The position numbers were made by a program, and so were the translations under genes. From Carcharhinus amblyrhynchos (Eukaryota), in the NCBI GenBank assembly GCA_965287045.1, contig OZ336900.1, positions 3,348,001-3,412,000 on the forward strand: a DNA stretch of 64,000 bases, in the 5' to 3' direction. Positions within the stretch are counted from its first letter, which is position 1, and every line of letters begins with the position of its first letter. Below the pieces are notes generated by a model that worked only from the letters and a program-made list of their open reading frames with translations, made no database searches and was not told the DNA's origin. Positions 12,011-24,228 of this stretch are shown here, one piece after another.

Positions 12011-12785
12011 ATTGTAATCCCTGTCTTATTAGGAGACAATTAAGATAGAAATCTGCAGCCTCTTTTTGCTCAGCACAATAAGAAATCTAACGACTCGAGG
12101 AAATGCCAGATCAGATGAAAATGGAAGATGAGCAAAAGAATCACTTTTCGGGGAGATCAGCGGAAAGAGTTATCAAACAAAAGAAATTAGAAACATTTGT
12201 CCATATGGAATCGTTTTAGCAATCACAATCTGAGCATTGATTCGACATACGTGGCCACCCTGACTGCCGAACTGATGCTGTGGTTTGTGGATATATAATA
12301 TGTTACAGGACATGAGACTGAGGTATGAAAGGCGTTAAGCAAACATTGTTTTAACTGATTTGGCCAGGGTGAAATCTGGTCAACCATCATATCATCACTG
12401 TAAGACATTGTATTTTTATGGAAGATTTTATCAGTTCGAGGGAGGTGGAAAGGATCCATTCTCAAGAATCTTAGAAGAGAGTGGGAAGATGTCTGAATAT
12501 AAATGCTGCCTTCTTCTCAGTGGATTGTTCTCAGACCTTTTGTATAAAATTTTATGTCATTTCCTGCTATCTAGAATATTTGTATGCAGTTAGGAATTGG
12601 CAAAGCAGAGGCTTGGGGACCACATGATTGATAAGGATGTTGGCAAGGGTTCAAGATTAATGCATGAATGGCACTATAAGATTGTTTGAGATTTCCTCAA
12701 GCAAACTCAACAATTAACAGAAAGATGCTTATCTGATTCTTGGTATGTTCCTATTGGGCTGATACAGAAACCAACATGTAAGATA

Positions 12786-12887
12786 CCACACACCACAAAT
12801 ACACACAGATACAACACACACAAACTACACACAACACCCACACACATAAACACCTACATAAACACACACATATTACACACAGGCATA

Positions 12888-12932
<45 letters not shown>

Positions 12933-12975
12933 GCAGGAACATACATACAGATATTCACAAATTGCACATACACAG
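12786..12975. repeat. (CA)n microsatellite with degenerate flanks
   Basis: Pure CA run at ~12889-12925 within CA-rich sequence. Confidence 0.95.
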
Positions 12976-14619
12976 ATATGCAAAAAAATACATACAGGGT
13001 GAAATCTTACCAAAAAATAGCAGTGTTGTTTCCAGTGAGAACACCAGCGAGTTTCTCTCCAGACGTCACCACACTCTGCCTAAAAATATCAAGGAGCGTG
13101 TTTCACATCGTCATGCAGGGGAATGGGGCCTGAACGTGCCAGCAAAACCCAGCTGGTGTGCCATCTTTAAAGAATAATCTTCCCTCTAGCCTTCCGTGGA
13201 GGTCTCCGGGGATCCCCTCTCCATCTCCAATCAGAATCGGGACTTCTCTCCACCCACCATCCCCTCCCGATTATTGGCCACATCCTGCCTTCCACTGCCA
13301 ATCCGGCAGTGCCAAACTGGTCCAAAGGGGCAGTGTCCAGGGGGGCATTGCCAGGCTTGGTCACTTCCCTCTCCCTGGATGCTATACTCACCTTTACGCC
13401 CCTGGTGACACCCCCATGTTCAGTTCACATCTGGGTGAACCTGTGGCAAATGGTGTTAGCGTGATGTCACGCTGTCACCCGTTGAGTACACGGTGAGGAA
13501 GGGGTTGTCCCGGAGAAGGTGCTCACTAGTGATATGTTAATGTATTAAAATAACCTTTCTGTGGACCCATGTTGTACACCACTCCAGGAATGAGGAGCCA
13601 GTAAGATCAGAACTCAGAAAGCTACTAGTGCGAATCTTGCTTTCTGGATTGTGAGTGCATGATGCCATTTCTGTAGACGGAGAGACTGGCTCTAAATTGC
13701 CCCCACAACCTCTCCCACGTGCATATGTATAGGCTGATTCCTTGTCTACTTCCAGAGAAACCAATGCTTTCTGATTGCATGCAGGTAATACCAATCTCAT
13801 TCAAAACAAAACACAGTCCAAACATGAACCTCTTGCCTTGCACGTCCAGATGAATTATAACACAGCGTTCAAGTTATTATGAATAGGTTTCTTTATCGTG
13901 CAGACATGCATGTCTGGTGAAATGGGTCAGATTATCAAAGGTTCAATCCTAGACTAGTGACTATTTCATTGTGAGCTTTGATTGGCAATGTCTTTTCAAC
14001 CTGACTCACATCAATAGAGGGATCTGGTCAAAACATCGGGCCCAAGCATCTGGTCAAAACAACAACAAAATAGTAAATTTAGATATTACGCACACAGCTT
14101 TATGAGTGATCCCCTACAGTTTTATTTTAGTCATAAGTCTTAGGCACTTACTGAACCAGTCTTGACCTGCTGAGTAAGCAGTAGAGCCTGTGTTTACTGT
14201 TCCTGTTTCGGGGACTGGCTTCAGGAACCAGTCTCCCCATTTACTCAGAGTCAGCTGCCTGGTACAGAGGTTCCGCTGTTGCATGGGGAGATCCGAATGC
14301 TACATGAATGGAAGTGTGGGAGAGCCATTGCCTGCATTTACTTTCCCCTTTTCCTCCTTTAATCCAGCAGTGTGCTCTCCAGATATTGTGGTATGAACAT
14401 AATGGGGTTTATATCATATCTTTACAGACTGATACCAGAGCTGAAAGGGTTAAAGTTTACAAGGGCTGTATTGAATTTAAACAATTAAGGTTTGGTCTAA
14501 CTGAAGCATTTAAAGTGATCCAAGGAATTGATAGAGTAAATTGAAAGAATGTATTTCCCCTAGTGGGAGAGTCCAGAAAAAAAGGACATCTCCTTAAAAT
14601 GAAAGCAAAGCAATTCAAA

Positions 14620-14754
14620 GGTAGCCATTATGGGGAGATGCCGGCGTTGGACTGGGATGGACACAGTTAGAAGTCTCACAAAATCAGGTTAAAGTCCAAC
14701 AGGTTTATTTGGAACCACAAGCTTTCAGAGCACTGCTCCTTCATCAGGCGAGAG
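14620..14754 (-). mobile_element. Penelope-like terminal repeat fragment
   Basis: GGAGATGCCGGCGTTGGACTGGG...GGTTAAAGTCCAACAGGTTTATTTGG shared with the other PLE copies. Confidence 0.85.
14716..14750 (-). ncRNA. Minimal type I hammerhead ribozyme motif
   Basis: Reverse complement reads cgc-CTGATGA-a-ggagc agt gctct-GAAA-gct-T-gtg: intact core, stem II, palindromic AGCT stem III, 3-bp stem I. Confidence 0.75.
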
Positions 14755-15114
14755 TTCAAATTCAAAGATAATATCAGGAAGCACCTTTTCACATAACAGG
14801 CAGTGGAATTCTGGAACTCTCTCCTCAAGAGGCTAAGTCAATTGAAAAGTTCATTATTGGAATAGAATAATGTCAGGTCAGAGCATAAAGGGTTAATATA
14901 TAGATGAGTTGAAATCAAATGAAGTGTTGAAAGAGGCTTGAGGAGTTGAAAGTTCTTCTCTTCCTATGTTCCAATGGCACTGCCATCACAACTACCCATT
15001 TTAATTGCGATTGGCAAGATCTTCTAATTTCCATCAAACTATTAAATGGCTTGTATAATGCCAAGGACAGGGTAGATCGCATTATCGATGGAGAAGGTTG
15101 GGTGGATCATCATC

Positions 15115-15500
15115 TGGACATGGGAATGAGGAGCAGTGTAGGCCACTCAGCCCCTGGAGCCTGCTGCCCCATTCAATAAGATCATGGCTGATCTAATTGT
15201 AGCCTCAACCCCACATTCCTGTCTACCCCCGATAACCTTTCACTCCCTTATTAATCAAGGATCTATTTACCTCCGCCTTAAAAAACAATTCAAAGATTCT
15301 GCTTCCACTTCCTTTTGAGGAAGAGAGTTCCAGAGAACTCGCCTCCTTCTGAGGGAAAAGATCTCCTTATCGGTATCAAATGGATGACCCCTTATTAGTA
15401 AACAATGACCGCGACTTCTCGGTTTTCCCACAGATGGAAACATCCACCCTGTTAATACCCCTTAGGATCTGAATGGTCTCATCTCACTCCATTCTTGCCT
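15115..15500 (-). mobile_element. CR1 3' fragment
   Basis: GTAGGCCACTCAGCCCC...CATTCAATAAGATCATGGCTGATC is the reverse CR1 3' UTR. Confidence 0.8.
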
Positions 15501-16216
15501 CTCTACATTCTGACCGCACACGGCAACTATTTAGACCAAAGGTTAGAAATGAGAAAGTGACACAACAGATTAAAAATGATTGTGAAGCAAAGGGAAAGTT
15601 CTCATCAGTTGGGGGCAGTGGAACAAAACGAGTCAAGCTGACTAATGTTTAGCCTCTGCTAATTCTTTGCCTCTCCAAAAAGAAGTTTGCATAGAAGTTT
15701 GGAAACAGTATCTAGAAGGCTGCAGAGGAACCAAAGAGTTACCTTTTTCTCTGCAGAAGTAAAACAAACAAAAAATAAGAACAAATATAAATGGAACCAT
15801 CTTTAAATGCTTTTCACAAGGCCTTAGGTTACTCAATGACTTTGGCAGAAATTCTGTCTGAGCTCATATTACTGATGGACTGGAACAAATTTGATAATAG
15901 TTTGCATGTGGTTAATTTAGTGGGAGAAAAGACATTTTAGTGAAAAGAAAACACATTCTACATCTTAATGTTTTGCTTGGTTTGCTTTCACCAATGAATC
16001 AACCTGACTTCTGTGTCATGGGGGTGACATCAAAGTATTTTACTCCTCTTTCTGTTCATGTGTTTGACAACATACACACAAGATGCGCTAACATATAATT
16101 GAATTATAGAGGTAAACCTATGCATTATAGAACAGGGTAAGTTGGTATCTTTTCAAATGCTACATGAAATAAGAAACACAAATTGCAGGACTTGTAGCCA
16201 AGACATCGAGACAAGT

Positions 16217-16637
16217 GTGGTACAGTGGTTAGCACGGCTGCCTCACAGCACCAGGGACCCGAGTTCAATTCCAGCCTTGGATCAATGTCTGTGTGGAGTC
16301 TACGTGTTTTCCCCACGTCTGCATGGGTTCCCTCCGGTTTCCTCCTGCACTCCAAAGATGTGCAGATTAGGTTGATTGGCCATGATAAATTGCCCCTTAT
16401 GCCGGAGTTTTACTGCCTTGCTTACCTGAGGCTTGTAAGATCCCGACCGAGGCTAATGGAGAATGCCGTTCTGTGAGCTGGTAAAATTCTGGCATTGGTG
16501 TTCAAAGATGTGTGGGTTAAATGGACTAGCCATTGTTAATGTGTGGGAGAAGGGGGAGAAGGTCTGGATAAGATACTCTGTTGGAGAGTCAGTGTAGACT
16601 TGATGGGCTGAATGGCCTCTTCTTCACTGTAGAGATT
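16217..16637 (+). mobile_element. HE1-like SINE with a MITE inserted at ~16401-16493
   Basis: SINE body is split at TGCCCCTTA by GCCGGAGTTTTAC...GTAAAATTCTGGC inverted termini. Confidence 0.85.
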
Positions 16638-18182
16638 CACTGATTGTTTGATTTAAGTTTGACAGATGGCGGGCGATAGGGTAAGTGATGCATGTGCAAA
16701 CAATTCTGCTATCATCTCCTCCAAATGGTAGAGTAGGAGTTAAAGCTGGATTGTGATCATAAAAAGCACAAAGACTGTCCAGTATCTGAAACGTGTCTGT
16801 TCCAAAGAAGAGTCAGACTGGACTCAGGAAGGTGACCCTATCGCTCCCTCCACGGATTTGCCAGACCTTTCCCCGGCAGCTTCTGTTTTAATTTCAGATG
16901 CCCAGCACCCACAATATGTTGCTTTGATTTTTATCTGAAAGTGAAAGGAAGGCTGAAGTAAGGGGGTGTCTGTGGAAAGTGAATTGTGCTCAATTGGATT
17001 ATTTTGTTTACCTCAGCTGTACAGCCTGAAAACTGCAGCAAGAAGCAGCTCTTCATCCGGATCTGGGCTGGAAGATGCTGGGGATTTGGTACTTTGGGAG
17101 ATGCTTTCGGGATCCTCTCCTTAGGAGACTTAAGGTTTTGAGGTTTGTATGCCAAACTGAGCTATATTTGAGTAAAATATCACAGAAAGGCCTTGGGGAA
17201 ATGGGATGCGATCTTACCATTTGTGACAATGTTACTGGAAGACTGAATGTTCCCTCCAGATGTTTTGGGATTGGACTGGAACAACTCACAGCAGCAAAGG
17301 ATGAACTGGTACAACTTTATTTTGAAATTGAAGTGAAGATCACGCAATTGTTTTGTTTAATGAAAACGCGGTTTAAAAACAATCCTTCCAGAACAAAGAC
17401 TTATTTTTAGATAGATCTTTTGAGTCCTTGCCAGGGGGATGATTGAGGCCAGGATATTGGCCTCATTTAAGAAACTGCTAGATGTTGAAATGGGAAGACA
17501 GCATAATCGGTACTCAACTTGAAGAGAATCGAATGGACTAATCATCTTTCAAGGCCCAAATTTACCCAGTGAGTCACCTTTGGTCCTAATTATCCAGGAC
17601 AATTGGTTTCAACATCTTCCCTCGGGCATAGTCTGGGTGTGTTTTCGCGACTTTGCCAACAAAGAACGCTGGCAATTGATAAGATCAGAATCCTTACAAA
17701 TCGATGTATTTCCTCATTCAGATAAAGGAGATTGCTGAAGGGACTCTCAGTGGCTGAGATTTTTCTATTGAGGTGAACAAATGGTGTGCACCGTTCACTT
17801 ACCTGCAGGCTTCCTATGGAATCCTGCACTGGAAGATGCTGTGTTAAAAATAGCATGTCAACCCCTACAGAAGACCTGGGGCCTCTGGAAACTGGATAAA
17901 GAATAGCTTATCCCCTGAACCAATCTGACTGAAGAATCTTGCCTGAGACACACAGTGCTGGATTGTCATTTGGCTGCAGGGATCTGAAGTATGTGGGCCC
18001 ATCATCTCCTACCACCAACAGTCTCCCATCACAGTCCTGCCTCCATGGAGATTTCCATGAGGGCATAATCAAGGTGCAGGGTTGGATTTTGATGGCCACT
18101 CACCACAAGGGGCAGGCAGCCAATTAGGCCAATTAATAGGGCTATTAAGGCCACTCTGAGGCTAAACATAGCCAGTGAACAT

Positions 18183-18525
18183 TTTTTAAAGTTCATTTGT
18201 GGGACATGGGTGTTGCTGGCTGGCCAGCATTTATTGTCCATCCCTAGTTCCCGAGGGCAGTTGAGGTCAACTACATTGCTGTGGTTCTGGAGTCACATGT
18301 AGGCCAGACCAGGCAAGGACGGCAGATTTCCTTCCCTAAAAGACATAAGTGAACCAGATGGAGTTTTTCCGACAATTGACAATGGGTCATCAGTAGATTC
18401 TTAATTCCAGATAATTTTTATTGAATTCAAATTCCACCATCTACCATGGTGGGATTCAAACCCAGGTTCCCAGAACATTAGCTGAGTTTCTGGATCAATA
18501 GCCTAGTGATAGGCCATCACCTAGG
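18183..18525 (-). mobile_element. tRNA-derived SINE type C (tail shared with the LINE at 28712)
   Basis: Homologous in reverse to 53772-54110; tail CAATAAATGCTGGCCAGCCAGC. Confidence 0.85.
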
Positions 18526-18968
18526 TCATCTATTGGCAGCGCACTAAGGAGGGAACACCATTCTATCCAGCTAGTAAACCATCCATTTCCCACGCTTGCC
18601 ATAACTGCAGGTGCAATGTCGTAGCTTATGGTCGTACAGTGGAGGGGTCCTCTCAGATTGTTCTCTCAGTGCTCTAGGGCCTTGGGAACCTGCCCTGTCC
18701 TTAATTAACCACCTCTTCAAAAACTGATCTTTGGGCCCAGACAGTGGGATCAGGAAGCACAGATGAAAATCCAGCCTCTGGAGTCTAAACAAGGAGATGC
18801 AAACAAGACTGCTTCCTTCATTTTAGGATCATCTACAAAAGCAAAATGAAGAGACAGAAAGAAAGATTGAATTAGGAGGGAGCGATGAAAGAGACAAAAA
18901 GTACAATTGAAATTTGAAGGAATGGGCCTCCATACTTGAAAAAGTAATTTTTTCAAGGTTAGAGAGGT

Positions 18969-19681
18969 TGTTTGGCTATGATGAAGTTTGCAAATTTGTT
19001 AAAAATTCACTTAAGTGGCTTGGATGAGGGTTGTTTGTTTTTACTTTGGGATCTTTTGTAACCCTGTATTGTTGGGAGAAAAAGGTTTTTTGGCAAGTCA
19101 GGTGACAGGGGGTTCTTTCATTTTCTGTTTGGCTGCAGTTAGTGTTGAGTTTTAGAAGGGACAGCAAGCTGAAAAAAAGTCTCTCCTTCTCTCCCTAGCT
19201 TTGGAAATTCTGCTGGTTAGCTGAAATGTCTTGCCTTTTTGAAAGGAGGAATCGCTGTTGGTAGCTTGCTGAGAGTCCCTGGTATTTTGGGAAGCTGATT
19301 GTTCTGAGTCTATCAGCCAAAGGACTCAATTTCAGTATCACGTGATTATTAGTCTTCACTGTGTTAAACCCGTGAAATGGATCTTTTGTCTATGGGATTG
19401 GATTGATTGGAACACATTAGACATATTTATTAAGGGTTATACATTATAGTGGTTGTTTTGTTTCCTGTTTGTAATTGATAAAAGGTTTTGCTAATTTTCT
19501 TACTATACATGTTAACTATATTCTTAAATAAACTTTATTTGAGAAAAGCTCCCTAGTGGATCATTCGAATCATACCTGGAGTGAAACATATCATGCTTAT
19601 CCTCGTCAAATTCAAAAGGCAAAACTTATGATCACATGGGCACCTTAAACTTCTTTGGAGTTTCTGACATGAATTATAACA
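18969..19681 (+). mobile_element. Solo LTR (related to 34556-35662)
   Basis: Ends TAACA; AATAAA near 19527; 3' 250 bp clearly homologous to 35410-35662; 5' boundary uncertain. Confidence 0.6.
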
Positions 19682-19822
19682 GTTTATATTTGGATTATTC
19701 TCCAACTTCAGCATTTCCATACATTTCAATGTTGTGTTTCTTGTTAAGATACTGTTAGAGTGCACTTCCTGGAGGAACAGCTGAACTCAGATAGCAAATT
19801 CCTAATTGTTGTGCTTAACTGT

Positions 19823-20885
19823 GCACAAGAGGTCATTGGACCTTGCCGTGGAGTTACTTCTGTGCGTGTTGGCATCCTGAGCATTTTTCTCAATGCGAAA
19901 TGCAGGCCAGTAATTAAAGAATGAAAGAAATCACATTTGTTGGTCATTAAGCAAGACCGGGGGCTTGAACTCAAGATGTTCTAAACAGTCGCAAGACTAT
20001 TAACAGTGAGCCATGATTAAAGTGCCAATGTCTTAATTTATATCTCATGCTTCGTGTAGACTATTTTCTAAATGGTGAAAGGCTTTGGAAATCTGAAACA
20101 CAAAGGGACTTGGGAATCATTGTTCAAGATTCTCTTAAGGTTAATGTGCAGGTTCAGTCAGCAGTTAGGAAGACAAATGCAATGTTAGCATTCATTTCTA
20201 GAGGGCTAGAATACAAGACTAGGGATGTACTACTGAGGCTGTATAAGGCTCTGGTCAGACCGCATTTGGAATATTGTGAGCAGGTTTGGGCCTCATACCT
20301 AAGGAAGGATGTGCTGGCCTTGGAGGGGGTTCAGAGGAGGTTCACAAGAATGATTCCTGGAATGAAGGGTTTGTCGTATGAGGAGCAGTTGAGGAGTCTC
20401 AGCCTATACTCAGTGGAGCTTAAAAGCATGAGGGAGGATCTAGCTGAAACCTACAGAATACTGAGAGGCCTAGATAGAGTGGTTGTGGAGAAGATGTTTC
20501 CAATAGTGGGTGAGATTAGAACTCGAGGGCGTTTGTCTTCCTAACTGCTGACTGAACCTGCACATTAACCTTAAGAGAATCTTGAACAATGATTCCCAAG
20601 TCCCTTTGTGTTTCAGATTTCCGAAGCTTTTCACCATTTAGAAAATAGTCTACACGAAGCATGAGATATAAATTAAGACATTGGCACTTTACTCATGGCT
20701 CACTGTTAATGGTCTTGCGACTGTTTAGAACATCTTGAGTTCAAGCCCCAGGTCTTGCTTAATGACCAACAAATGTGATTTCTTTCATTCTTTAATTACT
20801 GGCCTGCATTTCGCATTGAGAAAATGCTCAGGATGCCAACACGCACAGGAGTAACTCCATGGCAAAGTCCAATGACCTCTTATGC
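19823..20885. repeat. Inverted duplication, arms 19823-20180 and 20529-20885
   Basis: Arms are reverse complements with about 11 differences in 358 bp (hand count). Confidence 0.95.
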
Positions 20886-21164
20886 CTCAGAGTGAAAGGA
20901 CAATCCTTTAAACAGAGATGAGGAGGAATTTCTTCAGTCAGAAAGTGGTGAATCTGTAGAACTCTGCCACAGAAGGCTGTGGAGGCCAGGTCATTGAGTG
21001 TCTTTAAGACAGAGGTAGCTAGGTTCTTGATTAATAAGGGGATCAAGGGTTATGGGGAGAAGGCAGGAGAATGGGAATAAGAATTATATCAGCCATGATT
21101 GAAAGACGGAGCAGACTCGATGGGCTGAAAGGCCTAATTCTGCTCCCATGTCTTATGGTCTTAT
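20056..21164 (+). mobile_element. 5'-truncated CR1 interrupted by the inverted duplication
   Basis: ORF 20047-20544 (QRDLGIIVQDSLK...LYKALVRPHLEYC); CR1 sequence resumes at CTCAGAGTGAAAGGA; TCTTATGGTCTTAT tail. Confidence 0.95.
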
Positions 21165-21804
21165 TTGTTATACAAGTAGAATAGTAAATGTAACTACAAC
21201 TTTCCTTCTGAAATAACTAACTCATTATTTGTCTAACTATGTGGTATTTTTCACATTGGAAGTCCCAAATCTGAGAATTAAAATGTCAGATTGGCTCAAG
21301 AGTAACTCTTTGGCTATTAGGTTATATGATTGTAGGTTCGTACTTCATCTAGAAAATAAGGAACATTAGATAGAGGAGGAACCATTCAGCCCCTCAGTTG
21401 TTTTGCTATCAAATTCACTTCTGATAGGTCTGTACTTTAACTCCATTTACCAGTATGTTCTCCATTATGTACATTAATCTATTGTAGTGTTGGAAGTCCA
21501 ATTGCCTCAACATTCACAGCCTCTTAGGGAACATATTTCCTCGGCCTGAGTTTTTTAATCGGCAGGGCATGATCGCGCAGTCCGGAGAGTCAGTGGGAAA
21601 TGCCCACTAACTCGGCCAAGCTTGCTGCCAGTTTACACTCAGATGAATGTTGGTTGGCAGCAAGCAGGGCTTCTGTCCATCCCTTCAAGGAAGCTCTGCC
21701 TTGGAGTGTTACTGGCCAATCAGATTGACAGACAGCTCTTCAGCCCATCCCGTCACAGCACTGCAGTGGCTGGAGGTGGTACTGCAATATGACATAAGCG
21801 CAAG

Positions 21805-22016
21805 ACAGTAAGAAGTCACACATCACCAGGTTAAAAACCAGTAGGTTTACTTGGTAGCAAACGCCACTAGCTTTCGGAGAGCTGCTTCTTCATCATCTGA
21901 AAGCTAGTGGCGTTTACCACCAAATAAACCTGTTGGACTTTAGCCTGGTATTGTGAGACTTCTTACTGTGTTTACCCCAGTCCAACGCTGGCATCTCCAC
22001 ATCATGACTACCATTG
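21805..22016. mobile_element. Palindromic PLE-derived mini-element
   Basis: Inverted arms around a hammerhead remnant; TSD AAGCGCAAG at 21796-21804 and 22017-22025. Confidence 0.85.
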
Positions 22017-22769
22017 AAGCGCAAGGAGCCAGGGTAAAGTAAGTGGCAGGGGTCCCGGGGTGGGAAAAGGCCCTTAAGTGGCCATTAGAAAAGTCAAGGG
22101 TGGGATTCCCATCCAAAGCTCTATCTGCTCCACCGTAAAATCATGTCTGGGTCGGGTTGGGTGGGATACCAGAGGGAAACCCCTCCGTGCAATTTCACAC
22201 TCAAAATCAGGAGCATAAAATTCAGGCCCATATTTCTGCATATGAAAGATTGCCTCCAGATTTCACACCTGCCTCTACGTTTGACGTTTTGGGCCTTTCT
22301 CTTGATTTCCCGCATGATGGGAAATATCTGCTCTGTATCTAGCATTGAGAAACCTTTTTACATTTGGAATACTTGAAGTATCCCCAGCCTTCTGTACTCA
22401 GGCACACAATCTGTGCTGGCACGTTAGCCCCGTGTAGAAGAAAGCTCTGCATTGTCAGCTGCACTATGTTTCCAATGAGGTTTTAAACTGAGCTCACTCT
22501 CGTCTGTCTCTTTAGATAGGTTAAAATAATTTTTACAACAGATTAACCCAATGCCAATCTGACCACTGTTTTTCAGACCTTGCTATGTGCCAATAGTCTG
22601 CTGCAGTAACCGAGTCTTCACCTCAAAAAGTAATTCATTGACTCTGAAGTGTTTTAGGACATCTTGTGAAAGACATCACATAAAAAAAGTTATTTTTCTT
22701 AAAAAGGTGTTCAATTGATAATCTGTAACAGACTGAGACAGGTGAAGGCATTTTTGCTTCCCCAATAAT

Positions 22770-22972
22770 AGTCTTGATGTGCAGATGCCGGTGTTGGATT
22801 GGGGTAAGCACACCAGGTCTCACAACACCAGATTAAAATCCAACAGGTTTACTTGGTAACGCGAGCTTTCGGAGCACTGCTTCTTCGTCAGGACACTCAC
22901 CTGATGAAGGAACAGCTCTCTAAAAGCTCATGCTATCAAATAACTTTAACCTGGTGTTGTGAAACTACTTAC
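22770..22972. mobile_element. Palindromic PLE-derived mini-element with a hammerhead motif on each strand
   Basis: Minus strand CTGACGA...GAAAGCTC (22861-22891); plus strand CACCTGATGA...AAAAGCTC (22898-22932, decayed). Confidence 0.8.
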
Positions 22973-23049
22973 AATAGTAGCCTGTGAAGGATTGTCACTG
23001 ATTTTAACACAAGAACAACACACAATTTTAATCATTTTATGGCTGGCAG

Positions 23050-23278
23050 TTGTACCTCCAGCTGCCTAGACCCTAAACTCTACCATTCCCTCTCGAAGCC
23101 CCTCTGCCTCTGTATCTCTCTTCCCTTCATAAAGATCCTCCTTCTAATCCACCCCTTGAATCAACTTTTGGTCAATTCTCCTCACTTGGCTCAGTATTAA
23201 ATTTGTTTGATAACATTCCGATAAGAAATCTTGGGTTGATTTCCTACACCAAAGAAGGGATGTAAATACCAGTTGCTG
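23050..23278 (+). mobile_element. Old L2 LINE 3' end
   Basis: CCCTAAACTCTACCATTCCCTC...AAATTTGTTTGATAAC motif, shared with 62680-63080. Confidence 0.6.
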
Positions 23279-23916
23279 GGTGAACAGATAACAAGAAAAA
23301 TATTTTCGCCCTGCAAAGGAACAAAACTGAGAATGATCAGATTGACAATATTCACTGTCAAAGTGCGATTCCAGGGAAAATAACTTTGGCCGCTACCAAC
23401 TGAGCTCATCTGTATTCCTGCGCTATGTAGCAAAATGCTGTAACCACTTAAGCATTTCTAGATGGATTTTCTTTGAGCTGTATCACTGCTTAGCCTGGCA
23501 CTTGTACAACCAGAGGGCAAAATCACAAAGCATCATGCGTAGTAACTGGAGTGTTTGAGAGGTCCATGCAACGCAAGTTAGCTCTTTGAACTGATGCCAG
23601 GTAGAATGTTAAAAATCAAAGGCATGATTTATGTCAAAAATATTTGGTTCCACATGGGTATTTCTGGAATAATTTGATCTCTTTTTGGTCCTCCTTTGGG
23701 TGTGGAACTTCAAGGCAAGTGTATAAGACTTTGGCCCAGTTAAGGAACAGCTTCTGCTTAAGTCTTTAAATAACCATGGATTTGTGATAGTTTCGCCTCA
23801 GCTTGCATTCCAATTTACACGCTGTCCCTCGTTAATTTCTAAACCATAAAAGAAAAATCAAGACCAGAATTTTACCGTTCCACCCACCACAGGAATCAGA
23901 GCGAGTGAGGTGTGCG

Positions 23917-24228
23917 TGGTGGCACGGTGGTTAGCACTGCTGCCTCACTGCACTAGGGAGCTGGGTTTGATTCCGGCCTAGGGTCATTGTCTGTGTAGAG
24001 TTTGCACATTCTCCCTGTATCTGAGTGGGTTTCCTCCAGGTGTTCCAGTTCCCTTTCACAATCCAAAAATGTGTGAATTAGGTGGATTGGCCATGCTAAA
24101 TTATCCCTTATTGTCGGGGGAATAACTAGGGAAAATGCATAGGGTAATGGGGATAGGGCCTGGGTGGGATTGTGGTCGGTGCAGACTGGATGGGCTGAAT
24201 GGCCTCCTTCTGCACTGTAGGAGTTCTG
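23917..24228 (+). mobile_element. HE1-like SINE (type A)
   Basis: Head, V core and GGCCTCCTTCTGCACTGTAGG tail. Confidence 0.9.

Larger units (their letters stand above)
14430..14970 (+). mobile_element. Old CR1 3' fragment interrupted by a PLE repeat
   Basis: LTEAFKVIQGIDRVN remnant; GGAATTCTGGAACTCTCT; TTCCTATGTTCC end. Confidence 0.7.

Noticed and set aside
17016-17123. Frame after an acceptor-like site reading ...DLVLWEMLSGSSP*, resembling kinase subdomain IX
   Set aside because: Lacks the preceding DVWSFG, stops immediately, and no other kinase exon is seen; likely chance
21805-22016. Palindromes as DNA-transposon MITEs or miRNA genes
   Set aside because: Arms are unequal, match the PLE terminal repeat linked to GLNRD coding sequence at 45300, and have variable 9-11 bp TSDs
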